DNA from: an uncultured virus (IMG/VR IMGVR_UViG_3300027851_000025)
Lineage: Duplodnaviria > Heunggongvirae > Uroviricota > Caudoviricetes
Virus record (IMG/VR): IMGVR_UViG_3300027851_000025
Reading direction: 5' to 3' (one strand)
DNA length: 64,000 nucleotides
Below the pieces are notes generated by a model. The model was not told where the DNA came from. It made no database searches and saw nothing but the letters and a program-made list of their open reading frames with translations. Positions within the stretch are counted from its first letter, which is position 1, and every line of letters starts with the position of its first letter. The position numbers were made by a program, and so were the translations under genes. Shown in pieces: positions 29,011 through 39,097 of the stretch.

Positions 29011-30102
29011 TTATGCGGCCTTGAGCAGAGTCACACCGCAATTACCGTCCTGATCCGCTCGAATCTGCGGAACCATAATGGTCAGAACCTTGAAGTTGGT
29101 GGTGAACCCGCCGCCTTCCTGCCACTCGATCGTCTGAAGCGCCATACCTTCCACCATCCGGACAACATCGGAGGTCATCTGAACCAAGAGAACGTTGTTA
29201 GCGGTCAGTTTGTCAACGACCTTGACCTCGGTGATGCCGGCGATCTCAAGAATCCGCTGACGAATGGTCTTGTCGGACTCGGCCTTGTAGTCATCGTCGA
29301 GAACCGTCTCATATGCGGTCGGGACATAGAGGACCCAGGGGCCATAATGCTTGGCATCGATGGAAGCCTGTTTCATTGCCCGGACATCATCCAGGATATC
29401 TTCGCCGGTCTTCGCAGAGGCATCCCAGTTTGCCGTCAGAGTTACGTCATTGACGGAAGGGAAATCCACATAACCATACAGAGTACCACCACCATAGGCA
29501 TAGCTGGAAGCGCCCTGGAACAGGATGGTTTCAACCTTCTCGCTGACTTGACGGGCAGCGAGCATGGCAGTGGTGGTATCCAGCGGGGTGTTGCCATTCC
29601 GGCTGGCAGCAAGGACCCGAGCGTTGTAGCTGAAGTCCTTATGAATGATCGGCAGGGGCAAGTACTTGAGGCTGTATTCGATCCGATCCCGAACGGTCGG
29701 GGTGACGGCATCCATGGTCAGCTCTGCATCGGTCAGAGACCCGACATCTTCATACTCAAGAACGGTCTTTCCGAGGCCGTTGCCGATTCGATATACCAGA
29801 TTCCGGGAATACAGATCGGCTACGCCGACCAGCCTCTCCTGCGCAGCGAAAAGAACTGCATCATCCAGCTGTTTCCATTCATCCTTGCGGAGAGTGGCAT
29901 TGGCATTGATTCGAATTGCCTGGAACTTGCCATTGACAAGCCGAGTCATGTAGGTGTATCCGTCATCCCCGATGTAGGGCTTGAGGACGCTGGTGTCCAT
30001 GCCAGCACTGAGCAGCTTCTGCCCGATAGGACCAGACGGAGTCATTCCGCCGGCACCCATTGCCAGAAACTCCAACCCACCTGTGTTAATTCTTTTCTTC
30101 AT
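29011..30102 (-). CDS. major capsid protein (HK97 fold)
   Basis: 363 aa; LP.PI.HKDF...R.L..SR..PLD motif; strong RBS; position. Confidence 0.88.
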   Translation of the reverse strand: MKKRINTGGLEFLAMGAGGMTPSGPIGQKLLSAGMDTSVLKPYIGDDGYTYMTRLVNGKFQAIRINANATLRKDEWKQLDDAVLFAAQERLVGVADLYSRNLVYRIGNGLGKTVLEYEDVGSLTDAELTMDAVTPTVRDRIEYSLKYLPLPIIHKDFSYNARVLAASRNGNTPLDTTTAMLAARQVSEKVETILFQGASSYAYGGGTLYGYVDFPSVNDVTLTANWDASAKTGEDILDDVRAMKQASIDAKHYGPWVLYVPTAYETVLDDDYKAESDKTIRQRILEIAGITEVKVVDKLTANNVLLVQMTSDVVRMVEGMALQTIEWQEGGGFTTNFKVLTIMVPQIRADQDGNCGVTLLKAA

Positions 30103-30166
30103 TTGTTTGCCTCCTTTGAGGATTTATTGATTTGTAAAAGCCTTATTCTACCGAATCAGATTTCAG

Positions 30167-30640
30167 TTAAACGATACGAACCCGACACTTGCCGGATGGA
30201 TCAACCGCAGAGGAGCCGCTCATATTACAGGCTTCCATTGCTACGGCGACGATCTGATTGGTATTGACGGTGAAGTTAGCAGAACTGTTATTTGCATCCA
30301 CGTCTGCAGTATGAACTTGAAGGGTTCCGTCTCCGGCAGACTCAAGGAAATTCCCAATCGCGACATTCTGCCCATTGGCGATGCGGGCCTGAACCTCACA
30401 CCCCGGGTACAGAGCATCATACTGGGCAATGGCGTTCGCAGCATAAGCATCATCGATGGTCTTTCCCTGCAGATCGTCCTCGACAGCGAACAGGGCAGCG
30501 GCGTTCCCGCCGGCGGTTGCGTGAACTCGGATCTTTCCTGTGGTCATCAGTTCAACAAGATGTCCGGGAGTGATGGCAGCATTGGCCAGCGCCTCATTCC
30601 GGATTCCATGTCCTTTCAATACAATTGTCTTTGCGGCCAT
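30167..30640 (-). CDS. head decoration/cement protein
   Basis: A.AAITPG.LV, G..L.S.GDG.L; between prohead and capsid genes. Confidence 0.7.
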   Translation of the reverse strand: MAAKTIVLKGHGIRNEALANAAITPGHLVELMTTGKIRVHATAGGNAAALFAVEDDLQGKTIDDAYAANAIAQYDALYPGCEVQARIANGQNVAIGNFLESAGDGTLQVHTADVDANNSSANFTVNTNQIVAVAMEACNMSGSSAVDPSGKCRVRIV

Positions 30641-30702
30641 TTCTGGTCCTCCTTACTATGTTTGAATTGAGCTAAATATTCGACTTCCCTTTCAACCAGT
30701 TG

Positions 30703-32706
30703 TTACTGCTTCTGCCCCAAAACCGAACTCAGCGTCTGCGGGATATAAGGCTCTTCAGCATCTTCATCGGCATTGGTGAATACCCCTGCAGGCACCCGGC
30801 CGCTGAAGTCCATATTCATAACCGGCTCGGGCAACAGCTGGACCAGATTCTCCAGCATATTCAGATCCATCGCCTTGAGATCCTGCTCAGTGAACTTGTT
30901 CCGCTCATTGGCGGTGATCCTGGTGATCAGATCGGACCGTTTGTTATCCAGCTCGCGAAGGCCGGCATTCAATACGGAGCGGATTTCCGGGGGAGCTTCC
31001 TGAAGGAACTCTGCCAGGTTGTTGACCTTCTTCTTTTTGTCATCTTTCATCTCTTCTTCGTCCTCCTCGTCCGCCGGCGGGGCGGCTTTCTTTTTGGCGG
31101 CGTTCACCTCAATGGTGCTCTCCAGTTTCTCGATCTGGGCTTCATTCATGGCCTTGAGCCACTCCCGATCGTCCTCGGTGAATGCCGTGTCTTCGTTCGT
31201 GATCAGGGCATCAATCCGCTTCTCACAACAAACTCCCTCGTTCTTTTTCATTTCCTTTGCCTCCTCATTGGCTTTTCGTTTGTACTGAATTTCTTCCGCT
31301 ACTTCCTCCGGTTCCCCTTCAAAAACCACCTGCCCAGCCGTATCCAAAGAATACCCTTGCCGGAATAAGCTTTCTGTTGCTGGCTGGGTTGACCTATCCT
31401 GCTTTTGATACACAAAATACTCTGGATACACTGCCCTGATATAATGGGTTTTGGTATATGCCTGTTTGACGCTATCATACTCATCCATGGAGTCCATTTT
31501 CATCCGAACCTTGTCTACTACCTGTTCCAGACTCAGCCCGACATGGATGATCAAGTGGGGTTCCTTCTTCACATTCCACCGGACTCCACAACCATCGTTC
31601 CAGGAACAGGCCCCAGTGGCTCCAGGCAAGAGAGCAAGATGGTCCGGGATGATTTCCTGAATTGCCGATGCATACTCTTCCTCGTTCCAGGTCCCCGCCA
31701 CCCGATCCTCAGAAGCCAGAAGCCCAGTACTGACCTCAAGCTGTCCGCCAGACTGCAGGAACTCAATCAGGCCAGGAGCAAGGGACTGAACCCTGGCTGA
31801 ATTAATCCAAATATCGCCCCGTAGCTTGCCGTTCTCCCACCGAACGTTTATAACATGCCCTACCGACCACTGTTGAGAGATCGACCCATCATGATTAACC
31901 AGAATGTGTTCTCCCTGCTGATTAATGGGATGACCTATCGTAACAGGCACATTGTTCCAGAGGGCAGCGGTAGCTTCCAGGACCGACTCGGAGTAGTAAA
32001 CTGGCTCGCTCCCAACTCCTTGATGAACCCCTTCCACCAGCATGACGACCGGGAATACCTGATATGCTATCCCACCAATATTTTTGGCCTGAAATGTTGA
32101 ATTAAAAACCACAATGTCAGATAACATCAAATGCTGTTTATACATTTCCGCCTCATTAGTTTTTGCTGAAGGATCAAATATGAATCTAAGAGACCCTGGC
32201 GACATCCTTTTAAACCCAATTTTTTCATAAAATTTTATAGTATTATTGTCCAATTGAGATGTCAATGTAACTCGCCCCTCTTTCCCCATTGAATGTGAAG
32301 AGTCAATAACCTTTTTAATCAATCTTTTCCCTGACCCAGAACTTACACTCCCAATAATTTGAACTTCTAAAGAACGAGATGACGAATTGTAACCAACAGC
32401 ACCTAAGATATTCCCATCACTATCAACATCTACAAAACCAAATTTATTTCTCCTTTGTGAAAACTCAATAGCTTGTATTATAAAATCAGCATTTACAGAT
32501 TTATCAGAACCAGTTTTTATATATTTTTCACGAAGATTATCAATACCTGGCAATAACTCATTATATCTTTCTTTTGTTATCTCTGTTATATTACCTTTGC
32601 CATCTCCCCCAATGGTATTGCCTCCGCCCCTCTTCCCAGAGCAAAATTCACCACCACCTGGGCCAGGAGGATTGTGACAAGGATTTGAGTTTTGAATATC
32701 TTCCAT
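30703..32706 (-). CDS. prohead protease/scaffold (DUF2213-like) with N-terminal GNAT-like extension; probable internal start at 32145
   Basis: WN..PVT.GHP, EVSTG, DHLA.L....GAC....GC; N-terminal G.G..L..FYEK.GF. Confidence 0.75.
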   Translation of the reverse strand: MEDIQNSNPCHNPPGPGGGEFCSGKRGGGNTIGGDGKGNITEITKERYNELLPGIDNLREKYIKTGSDKSVNADFIIQAIEFSQRRNKFGFVDVDSDGNILGAVGYNSSSRSLEVQIIGSVSSGSGKRLIKKVIDSSHSMGKEGRVTLTSQLDNNTIKFYEKIGFKRMSPGSLRFIFDPSAKTNEAEMYKQHLMLSDIVVFNSTFQAKNIGGIAYQVFPVVMLVEGVHQGVGSEPVYYSESVLEATAALWNNVPVTIGHPINQQGEHILVNHDGSISQQWSVGHVINVRWENGKLRGDIWINSARVQSLAPGLIEFLQSGGQLEVSTGLLASEDRVAGTWNEEEYASAIQEIIPDHLALLPGATGACSWNDGCGVRWNVKKEPHLIIHVGLSLEQVVDKVRMKMDSMDEYDSVKQAYTKTHYIRAVYPEYFVYQKQDRSTQPATESLFRQGYSLDTAGQVVFEGEPEEVAEEIQYKRKANEEAKEMKKNEGVCCEKRIDALITNEDTAFTEDDREWLKAMNEAQIEKLESTIEVNAAKKKAAPPADEEDEEEMKDDKKKKVNNLAEFLQEAPPEIRSVLNAGLRELDNKRSDLITRITANERNKFTEQDLKAMDLNMLENLVQLLPEPVMNMDFSGRVPAGVFTNADEDAEEPYIPQTLSSVLGQKQ

Positions 32707-32824
32707 AGCAATTATACCTGATACTCGGAGTTCCCTATCTTCCTCAGCTTTAGCCTGCAGGACTGAGACTCCAACTGAACCATCCTCATCTGGGAGATGT
32801 TGGCCTCATTGAATATTCGTTTCA

Positions 32825-33025
32825 TTATTCCTCCTCAAAAACTATGTCGTTGTTTTGATCGTCTCGAACTTGTAAGTGTAAATCATCTCCATATGCTATA
32901 TCATTAGGAATGCCAGCCGGATAAGCGTCACAAACGACTCGCTCTGTAAGTTCTGTTCCATCAGGCTGTACAATTCCATTAAAATTGATGCATTTGCGTA
33001 TCTTGCATTTAGGAATAGCAATCAT
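32825..33025 (-). CDS. small Cys-rich protein following the MuF effector domain
   Basis: C....C..F...C.AYP.GIP.DI..G...H. Confidence 0.6.
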   Translation of the reverse strand: MIAIPKCKIRKCINFNGIVQPDGTELTERVVCDAYPAGIPNDIAYGDDLHLQVRDDQNNDIVFEEE

Positions 33026-33031
33026 TTGTTA

Positions 33032-34702
33032 TCACTTTTTAATTAAATGTTTCTCAAAAAAGTCTTCTATTTCTTCTGGTAATATTCCTTTTTTATATTC
33101 AGTACATGTATACTTTGCAAAAGCTTCAGAAAACAATTCAGCTGCGGAAACACCACCATATTCGCTTACCATTCTTTCCCAAAAATCACGTTCTTTTGCC
33201 TTATACATAAAGAACCATTCTTCAAAGGCTTCTTGGGATAAGCCCTGTGCATGTACTGCATGAGCATATTCATGTCGAAAACTATAAAGAGAATCATCAT
33301 ATACAGAATGCCAAGCATATGTTTCCCCAAGTACTGGAGTTTTCGTTTGCTTTGGAATGGGCATAATATTAATTTCATTTAACTTTGGATCATATATACC
33401 TAAATTTGCCCCTTCTCCAACGCCTTTTCCTGGATTCTTATCGCCAACGCTAACTGTTAACCCTCTACCTGAATAAGTTCCACCAGTTCTTGGCTTTGAA
33501 GTTAATTTTGATATTCCAGGAAGATTATTTTCTAATCTTTGTAATTCAAGTCCTATTACATTTACAGATTGTAAAATTTCCTTTTTAGAAAGTGAAAAAC
33601 TGCCAAACTCGCCAACTTGAACATTAAACAAATCAGAAATTGTTTTTTGAGCGACCTCAAGATTTTTAACAGGTGTAAACTCAACCGGTTCGCTTACTTT
33701 AGGAGTAACCTGCCTTCCAGGCGAATCATCATGAATATACGGAATGGCTACGCACCGACACTGAGGATGGACCGGGATGATGTACTCAGCTTCTTCCAGC
33801 GTATATTTCTTCCCGTTCAAAGGAGCACACTTGGGGCAAACCCTTCCATCGCCAGCAGTCAGATGCTCTGCCAGTACTGAGATCCCCATTGCTCCAGCAG
33901 CCCTGTACTCTCCCATATTGGCGGCGTGATGGGCTCGAATAACTTCTGTCCTGGCCAACACCTCGGCCCTTCTCTTGCTATCAATCCTCCTGCCCAACTT
34001 GTCTACTATTCCAAGATCCTCTCCCCGGCCCGTGATGGTCTTGTCGAGAATCCTTGCAATCTGCTTCGGTCCCCTTCCTTCTGCCAATCCCATAGCCAAA
34101 ACATCAGATACCGCAGACTCCATCTCAGCGGTAATTCCCTTCAAGGAGGTATAGGCTCTGGTATAGATCATCCCAACCCGATCCGCATGAATTGGACCGT
34201 TGAAAGCCACCTTGATTGGATCTCCACCCATCTGTCCTTCGTCAATCTCTACCCCGGCTTTCCTCAACTCCTGTCTGGCCCTGCGGATGCCCTGCTGATA
34301 AGCGCTGTCCAGGTAAGTATTGATCCATACCTTGCGGGCGGCTTCGATGTCGGTCATTCCGGGTACAATCTGGCCGGAAAGCCTCATTCCAGAAGTTCCT
34401 TGAGCCAGGATGTATTCCCTGGCCTTGCTATCCATCCACTCGGTGAAAGCATCAATCTTCCTAGAGTTGGTGGGGAAGTCAAAAGCCCCTGTGGAGAGCC
34501 CTGAAGCATTCACCTTGACCGCTTCTTTCTTCAACCCAAACACATCCAGATCCACTATGGCTTCCTTTACATCCGCCATCAACCGGAAGAATCTGGAGTT
34601 CATATCCCGAACGAATCGCTGGCGAAGAGTAATAGTCTTCGTCGGGTCAATCACGTTCACCAGAAAGAAATACTGGGATATGTTTGGGAGCGCTTTCGTC
34701 AT
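33032..34702 (-). CDS. MuF/SPP1 gp7-like minor head protein with C-terminal HExxH metallopeptidase-like domain
   Basis: RA..LARTE..AH, D..VC..C, P.HP.CRC; then RHEYAHAVH and ELFSEAF. Confidence 0.85.
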   Translation of the reverse strand: MTKALPNISQYFFLVNVIDPTKTITLRQRFVRDMNSRFFRLMADVKEAIVDLDVFGLKKEAVKVNASGLSTGAFDFPTNSRKIDAFTEWMDSKAREYILAQGTSGMRLSGQIVPGMTDIEAARKVWINTYLDSAYQQGIRRARQELRKAGVEIDEGQMGGDPIKVAFNGPIHADRVGMIYTRAYTSLKGITAEMESAVSDVLAMGLAEGRGPKQIARILDKTITGRGEDLGIVDKLGRRIDSKRRAEVLARTEVIRAHHAANMGEYRAAGAMGISVLAEHLTAGDGRVCPKCAPLNGKKYTLEEAEYIIPVHPQCRCVAIPYIHDDSPGRQVTPKVSEPVEFTPVKNLEVAQKTISDLFNVQVGEFGSFSLSKKEILQSVNVIGLELQRLENNLPGISKLTSKPRTGGTYSGRGLTVSVGDKNPGKGVGEGANLGIYDPKLNEINIMPIPKQTKTPVLGETYAWHSVYDDSLYSFRHEYAHAVHAQGLSQEAFEEWFFMYKAKERDFWERMVSEYGGVSAAELFSEAFAKYTCTEYKKGILPEEIEDFFEKHLIKK

Positions 34703-34706
34703 TGTT

Positions 34707-35057
34707 CTATTTCGTTAAAATGGAAAGATCCTCGTCAAAGCTACCTGTTTGTACCGGACTCTGAATCGAAGTATTAAGGCGAATCTTTTCTAATTCAAAC
34801 TCAATACCGGCCTTTTTATTCCGATCCCTGATCCAAAGATAAGCACCAGCAAGTGCTCCTTTAATAAGAAGAACCTGCCATCCCTCGCCATGCAACATGG
34901 CAATGATAGCTTTGATCTGCTCGGCGTCTGGAACCCCGCCCATAATGGCTGTAGCGGTGTCGACGTCGATGCCAAGAAGAACCAGAGCAACAACCCATAA
35001 TTCAGAAGTTCCTACTCCTCTTGCCAGTTGAGGTATTGCTGGCTTAATCCGAGCCAT
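34707..35057 (-). CDS. membrane protein, holin-like
   Basis: G..TSE.W N-terminal motif and hydrophobic segments. Confidence 0.45.
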   Translation of the reverse strand: MARIKPAIPQLARGVGTSELWVVALVLLGIDVDTATAIMGGVPDAEQIKAIIAMLHGEGWQVLLIKGALAGAYLWIRDRNKKAGIEFELEKIRLNTSIQSPVQTGSFDEDLSILTK

Positions 35058-35071
35058 ATGTTCCTCCTTTA

Positions 35072-35380
35072 TTATTTTGCCAGGAACAACTTTTCCTGCA
35101 GGAGATAGCCTTCCAGTTGCCAGATTTTATTTTTGGCATTCTCCCTGGAGACCCTGCGACCGATCTCTTCATCGAAGTTCTTCCGCGACACACAGGCGGA
35201 TTCACCCCGGACTGTGAAGCCATTCCGCAGGGTCAACTCGCAGACCATTGCCTTACCGCTGGGCATGACGGTATAGGTCTCACTGACGATGGCGTTTTCA
35301 ATGTCAGCCGGACACAGTCGCGGTGCATTGAGTCTCTTCTCTTGGATGAGGCGTTCTGTTTCAGTGTCGGTGTAGCTCAT
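35072..35380 (-). CDS. Phage gp49/66 family protein
   Basis: APR, C.L.L.NGF.V.G.SAC....NFD..IG......A..K.W.LEGY.L. Confidence 0.85.
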   Translation of the reverse strand: MSYTDTETERLIQEKRLNAPRLCPADIENAIVSETYTVMPSGKAMVCELTLRNGFTVRGESACVSRKNFDEEIGRRVSRENAKNKIWQLEGYLLQEKLFLAK

Positions 35381-35389
35381 GATATCCTC

Positions 35390-35713
35390 CTATTGTTTCG
35401 TGAATGCCCACGGGGCCAGCAGCTTCCCATTCATATCAAACGCATACGGGGCGGAGTGCGGGCTCTCGGTCCCATCGGAAAACATGGCCGTCAGGGTATA
35501 GACCGTAACCTGTTTTGTCAGCACCACATCACAATCCATCTCCTGCGCGGATGGAATGGCCATGACGCATACTGGCACGCCCTCCTGGTACAACCGGAAT
35601 CCGCTGACAGCCGGGGCCGTCGGCGGGGTGTAGCCCCACGTCACGTGGATGCTCTGTGCCCATGATAATACCGGAACCAATAAAGCAATAGCTGTAAAGA
35701 TTAGAACCTTCAT
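35390..35713 (-). CDS. exported Fn3-like protein
   Basis: Signal peptide; W.Y..V.GF.LY..ES..S. Confidence 0.6.
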   Translation of the reverse strand: MKVLIFTAIALLVPVLSWAQSIHVTWGYTPPTAPAVSGFRLYQEGVPVCVMAIPSAQEMDCDVVLTKQVTVYTLTAMFSDGTESPHSAPYAFDMNGKLLAPWAFTKQ

Positions 35714-36063
35714 CAGTTCTTTTTAAACTGGCCGGGGGATGCAAGGAATCTAACTGTATTACTCGGATCAGATCGTTCTAAATTCTGTGGATCAGAATCG
35801 TTAATAGCTCGTATATAAAACCTATTCACCGTTCCATTGTCATATGTAATAATCCCAGTCGCAAACCTTGCCGTCTTTGGTATATCCCCAATAGCGACTT
35901 TTTCTGGTAAAGTTCCAACTAATTGATAAATTTCAAATCCAGTAATCTCTTCCTCTGCCTCTGCGGTATAACTCCAAGAAAACGAGGTTGATTTAGTTAT
36001 TGTTCCGGCAAGAACGAATGTCGGAACCAGGCAAAGGATCATTGCGATCAGTATTCTTTTCAT
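35713..36063 (-). CDS. exported Fn3-like protein
   Basis: Signal peptide MKRILIAMILCLVPTFVLA; W.Y..I.GF.IY..FY.RA..S..SN. Confidence 0.6.
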   Translation of the reverse strand: MKRILIAMILCLVPTFVLAGTITKSTSFSWSYTAEAEEEITGFEIYQLVGTLPEKVAIGDIPKTARFATGIITYDNGTVNRFYIRAINDSDPQNLERSDPSNTVRFLASPGQFKKN

Positions 36064-36178
36064 TTCCAACTCCCATTCCATTATCAAATAACTTTCGAAG
36101 AGCATGATATAACTCTTCCGCTTCTTTCATGCTTATCTTTACGCCTTTGCCACCAATAGGGACTGATACATACTTCAT

Positions 36179-36694
36179 TCACATTCCGCAAAGTTTGACC
36201 ATCTGGCTTCGATTGCCATATGGCGCGTGCAAGTAGACACCGCCATGGGCTGTGCCGGTGTTGTCGGCCCCTTCTCCGTTCGGGCCGATCCCTGGTTTGA
36301 AGACGAAGCCGTCGCTCTCCCGGTAGTTCCGGGAGGTGTTTGGAACCATGACGGTATGTCCATTGGAGAACACCACCTTGACCCGGCTGCCGAACTCCGG
36401 GCCTTTCTGCGGGATTCTCCATGCCTGCCGGCCGCCGTTGCGAGTGCCGTAGCTCATATAGTCCTTGCTGCAGGCTCCAGAAGAGGTTGTCGGCTGCGAC
36501 GATCCGCCATCCTGGTTCGGCATCGTGGCCTTCTTTGTAGATCCATCCCGTACCCGATCCGACCGCTCATCGCCGGCCCCGCCGATGGTCCCCTGATCAT
36601 CATCAGAGGAACAGCCGACCAGCAGGATCACCAGCACGGCCAGCGCCGCCGTGAAACAGCCCATGGCCACTTTTACCAGAGTTCGCGTCTTCAT
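36179..36694 (-). CDS. putative lipoprotein
   Basis: Hydrophobic leader ending LLVGC. Confidence 0.6.
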   Translation of the reverse strand: MKTRTLVKVAMGCFTAALAVLVILLVGCSSDDDQGTIGGAGDERSDRVRDGSTKKATMPNQDGGSSQPTTSSGACSKDYMSYGTRNGGRQAWRIPQKGPEFGSRVKVVFSNGHTVMVPNTSRNYRESDGFVFKPGIGPNGEGADNTGTAHGGVYLHAPYGNRSQMVKLCGM

Positions 36695-36924
36695 TGGTCA
36701 GCGTCAGGTTCTTCCGGGATAGGAGCTACGGTTTTGTTGAAGCATTTTAGAGTGATTTCTCCGGCACCAAGATGGCCAACACCATATGCCATCGAATGTA
36801 TCGCACAAATCGCCCCGTAAAGTACGTGGCGGTCAGTGCAGGTGTCTTTTTTGGTGCAATCACCCTGGCCGCCAGGTGTTGATGAGGGATAGTTACAGCA
36901 TGGGGTTACAAGTGAATATGACAT
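36691..36924 (-). CDS. hypothetical Cys-rich protein
   Basis: 77 aa, RBS AAGGAG, coupled to next gene. Confidence 0.5.
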   Translation of the reverse strand: MSYSLVTPCCNYPSSTPGGQGDCTKKDTCTDRHVLYGAICAIHSMAYGVGHLGAGEITLKCFNKTVAPIPEEPDADQ

Positions 36925-36957
36925 TGCTATTCTCCTTTTTTGGTTGTGGTTTTACTA

Positions 36958-37662
36958 TCAGAACAAGCTCGTGTTGGAGTCTTCCGGCAGGCTGGAATTG
37001 GCCTCGCCCTCGCCGCTGTTGGTGGAGTTGCCGGTGTTGGTTTCGTAGTGCCAATTGAAGCTCGGGTTTTCCTGCCCGCCCCACGCCGATCCTTCCTCCA
37101 GGTAATACTGATCCGACCGCTCGGAATTGATATAAAGATCCCCACCAGCAACAACATCCTCAAGCGACGTGCTGCCCTCGCCGGAGTTCATGCCGAACGG
37201 CCCGCCAATATCCCAGTCCATCAACTCGCCAGCAATCCCAACGCCAAGATAAGCAAGGGGAACAAGATTGCGCTCGAACAGATCAACAGCGGTCTTAGGT
37301 GCAGCAGATGCCGGCGGTGGGGCAGTGTCACGAATCTGGGCAATGAGCAGGCTGTCGATGACACTGCCAAGAGTGGCCTCGGTCGGGGTCGAATAGGTGC
37401 GCCTTACCCCGTTCTCCATAATGGCATTAATCTTCTTGTCTGCAACTATCCTATGATTGTCAGTCCGCTTGGCATCTGCCTCATAATACATGCGAAGATT
37501 TCCTGACTCCCAGAAGTCAACCCCTTCCTCGGTCATAGTAACCCGCTCCATGCCAGTATCGGGATCAATACTTCTCGTGGTTGTCGTCCTGGTTCCGCCT
37601 GCGCATCCAGTCATAACAAGACCGCCAATCAAAACGGTAATTGCAAAACCTTTGTTTTTCAT
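36958..37662 (-). CDS. putative lipoprotein
   Basis: MKNKGFAITVLIGGLVMTGC lipobox. Confidence 0.6.
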   Translation of the reverse strand: MKNKGFAITVLIGGLVMTGCAGGTRTTTTRSIDPDTGMERVTMTEEGVDFWESGNLRMYYEADAKRTDNHRIVADKKINAIMENGVRRTYSTPTEATLGSVIDSLLIAQIRDTAPPPASAAPKTAVDLFERNLVPLAYLGVGIAGELMDWDIGGPFGMNSGEGSTSLEDVVAGGDLYINSERSDQYYLEEGSAWGGQENPSFNWHYETNTGNSTNSGEGEANSSLPEDSNTSLF

Positions 37663-37681
37663 TGTTTGTTGTCCCCTCTGG

Positions 37682-39097
37682 TTAGATAATCTCGTCCTCG
37701 TCTTCAAGCTCATCATCCCCTTCCCCATCGCCTTCCTGAATGATCCGAGCCAAATGCTTTTCAATCTTCTCCATTATCCGCCATGTAGTGTCGTAATCCA
37801 TTCCCATAATGTCTTCCAGGAAAGAATCAACCGGGAGAATCTGCTGGCTGTTGGCGCTTTCCATATATTTGACCAGGGCTTCTGTTCTACCCTTTCCGAC
37901 CTCGACCTTTTCTTTCTCGGTCATGGAAGACAAATCAGGCCATTCGATCTCATATCCGTTCTTTGGCTCGGATAATACCCCGACTTCAATAAATCGATCT
38001 ATCACTGGTCGAATGATATTGGGTTCCACATGGGTGATTCTACGATGGTCACAAAGAGCTTCCCAGGATTCACTGTCCTGGCTACTTGCCAACTCCCCTC
38101 TTTCCGACCCTTCCAAAATCCGCTTTGGAATACCAGTAGCAATGGATATCATCTTGAGCTGAACCTCCACATGACTGGAAGGATCAGCCACCACAGGAGC
38201 AAGACTTTGAACATCGACGCCTTGGAGCTTCATATACCGTTCCAGATTATGAACATATTTCTGGATCTCTTCGGTCAGCTCCGATGCAATCTGGCTGATG
38301 TCAAAGTCTTCTTGAGCCTTGAATGCCATACCCGGGAAAGCCCCTTGCCAGAACATCTCAGCAGACCCCCCGACAATCAGATCCAGATTGAGGAGACGAT
38401 TGTACGCCCTTTCCAGTCGAGACAATCCATATACAGAAGACTCAAGGGGATTCTCCACCAGATGGAAGATACGCGAATGATGCGCCACAATCTCCATTGA
38501 AGCAACGGTATTTGGCGTAGTGGCCAGCTTCAATCCATAGTTTTTTACCAAACCATACCGAGCATCGTTCTTGTCGGTCACAAAATCTTTCAAAGTCGCA
38601 GAGCCTTCGGAAAAAGGCTGGAGATACAGGATATCAGAAATCTTACCATTCACTGGCTCGGATAGAGATACTGCCCCGTCTTTATATCCCACCAACAAAC
38701 AGGCATACCGACCAATGCCGGAAAGGATATCCCAACGAATCATATTGGCAAACAGTCCAAGTCTTTTCTGTAACTTGTCAAACTCGTCTTTCCAGATATC
38801 GTTCGGATCATCTGTAGCCCTGACTTCAGGCAGCTTCCTCCAACTCCCCTCTACCGGCTTCTCCACGATCTTGCCGGCAATGTCCTGACGACGATAGCGC
38901 AGATAATAGTCTTCAAAGGTAATCCGATCCAGGGAAGGATATCCAAGCGCCTCCCATACATCCCGCAGGCCACCAAAGGTCTTGCTATTCCCATACGACA
39001 TCCGGGAAGCTACAATGGACAGGGCATTGTTCAGCATTACTCTTCTCAGTTGATCTTGCTTCTCCCCGTCGGTCAAATGAACTACTTTACCTTTCAT
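37682..39097 (-). CDS. portal protein (DUF1073-like)
   Basis: Y.R..IA.KIV..P...W, GIP.RIL.G...G..AS..D; position after terminase. Confidence 0.88.
   Translation of the reverse strand: MKGKVVHLTDGEKQDQLRRVMLNNALSIVASRMSYGNSKTFGGLRDVWEALGYPSLDRITFEDYYLRYRRQDIAGKIVEKPVEGSWRKLPEVRATDDPNDIWKDEFDKLQKRLGLFANMIRWDILSGIGRYACLLVGYKDGAVSLSEPVNGKISDILYLQPFSEGSATLKDFVTDKNDARYGLVKNYGLKLATTPNTVASMEIVAHHSRIFHLVENPLESSVYGLSRLERAYNRLLNLDLIVGGSAEMFWQGAFPGMAFKAQEDFDISQIASELTEEIQKYVHNLERYMKLQGVDVQSLAPVVADPSSHVEVQLKMISIATGIPKRILEGSERGELASSQDSESWEALCDHRRITHVEPNIIRPVIDRFIEVGVLSEPKNGYEIEWPDLSSMTEKEKVEVGKGRTEALVKYMESANSQQILPVDSFLEDIMGMDYDTTWRIMEKIEKHLARIIQEGDGEGDDELEDEDEII

Noticed and set aside
28960..30267. 435-aa plus-strand ORF
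   Set aside because: Antisense shadow of the major capsid gene.
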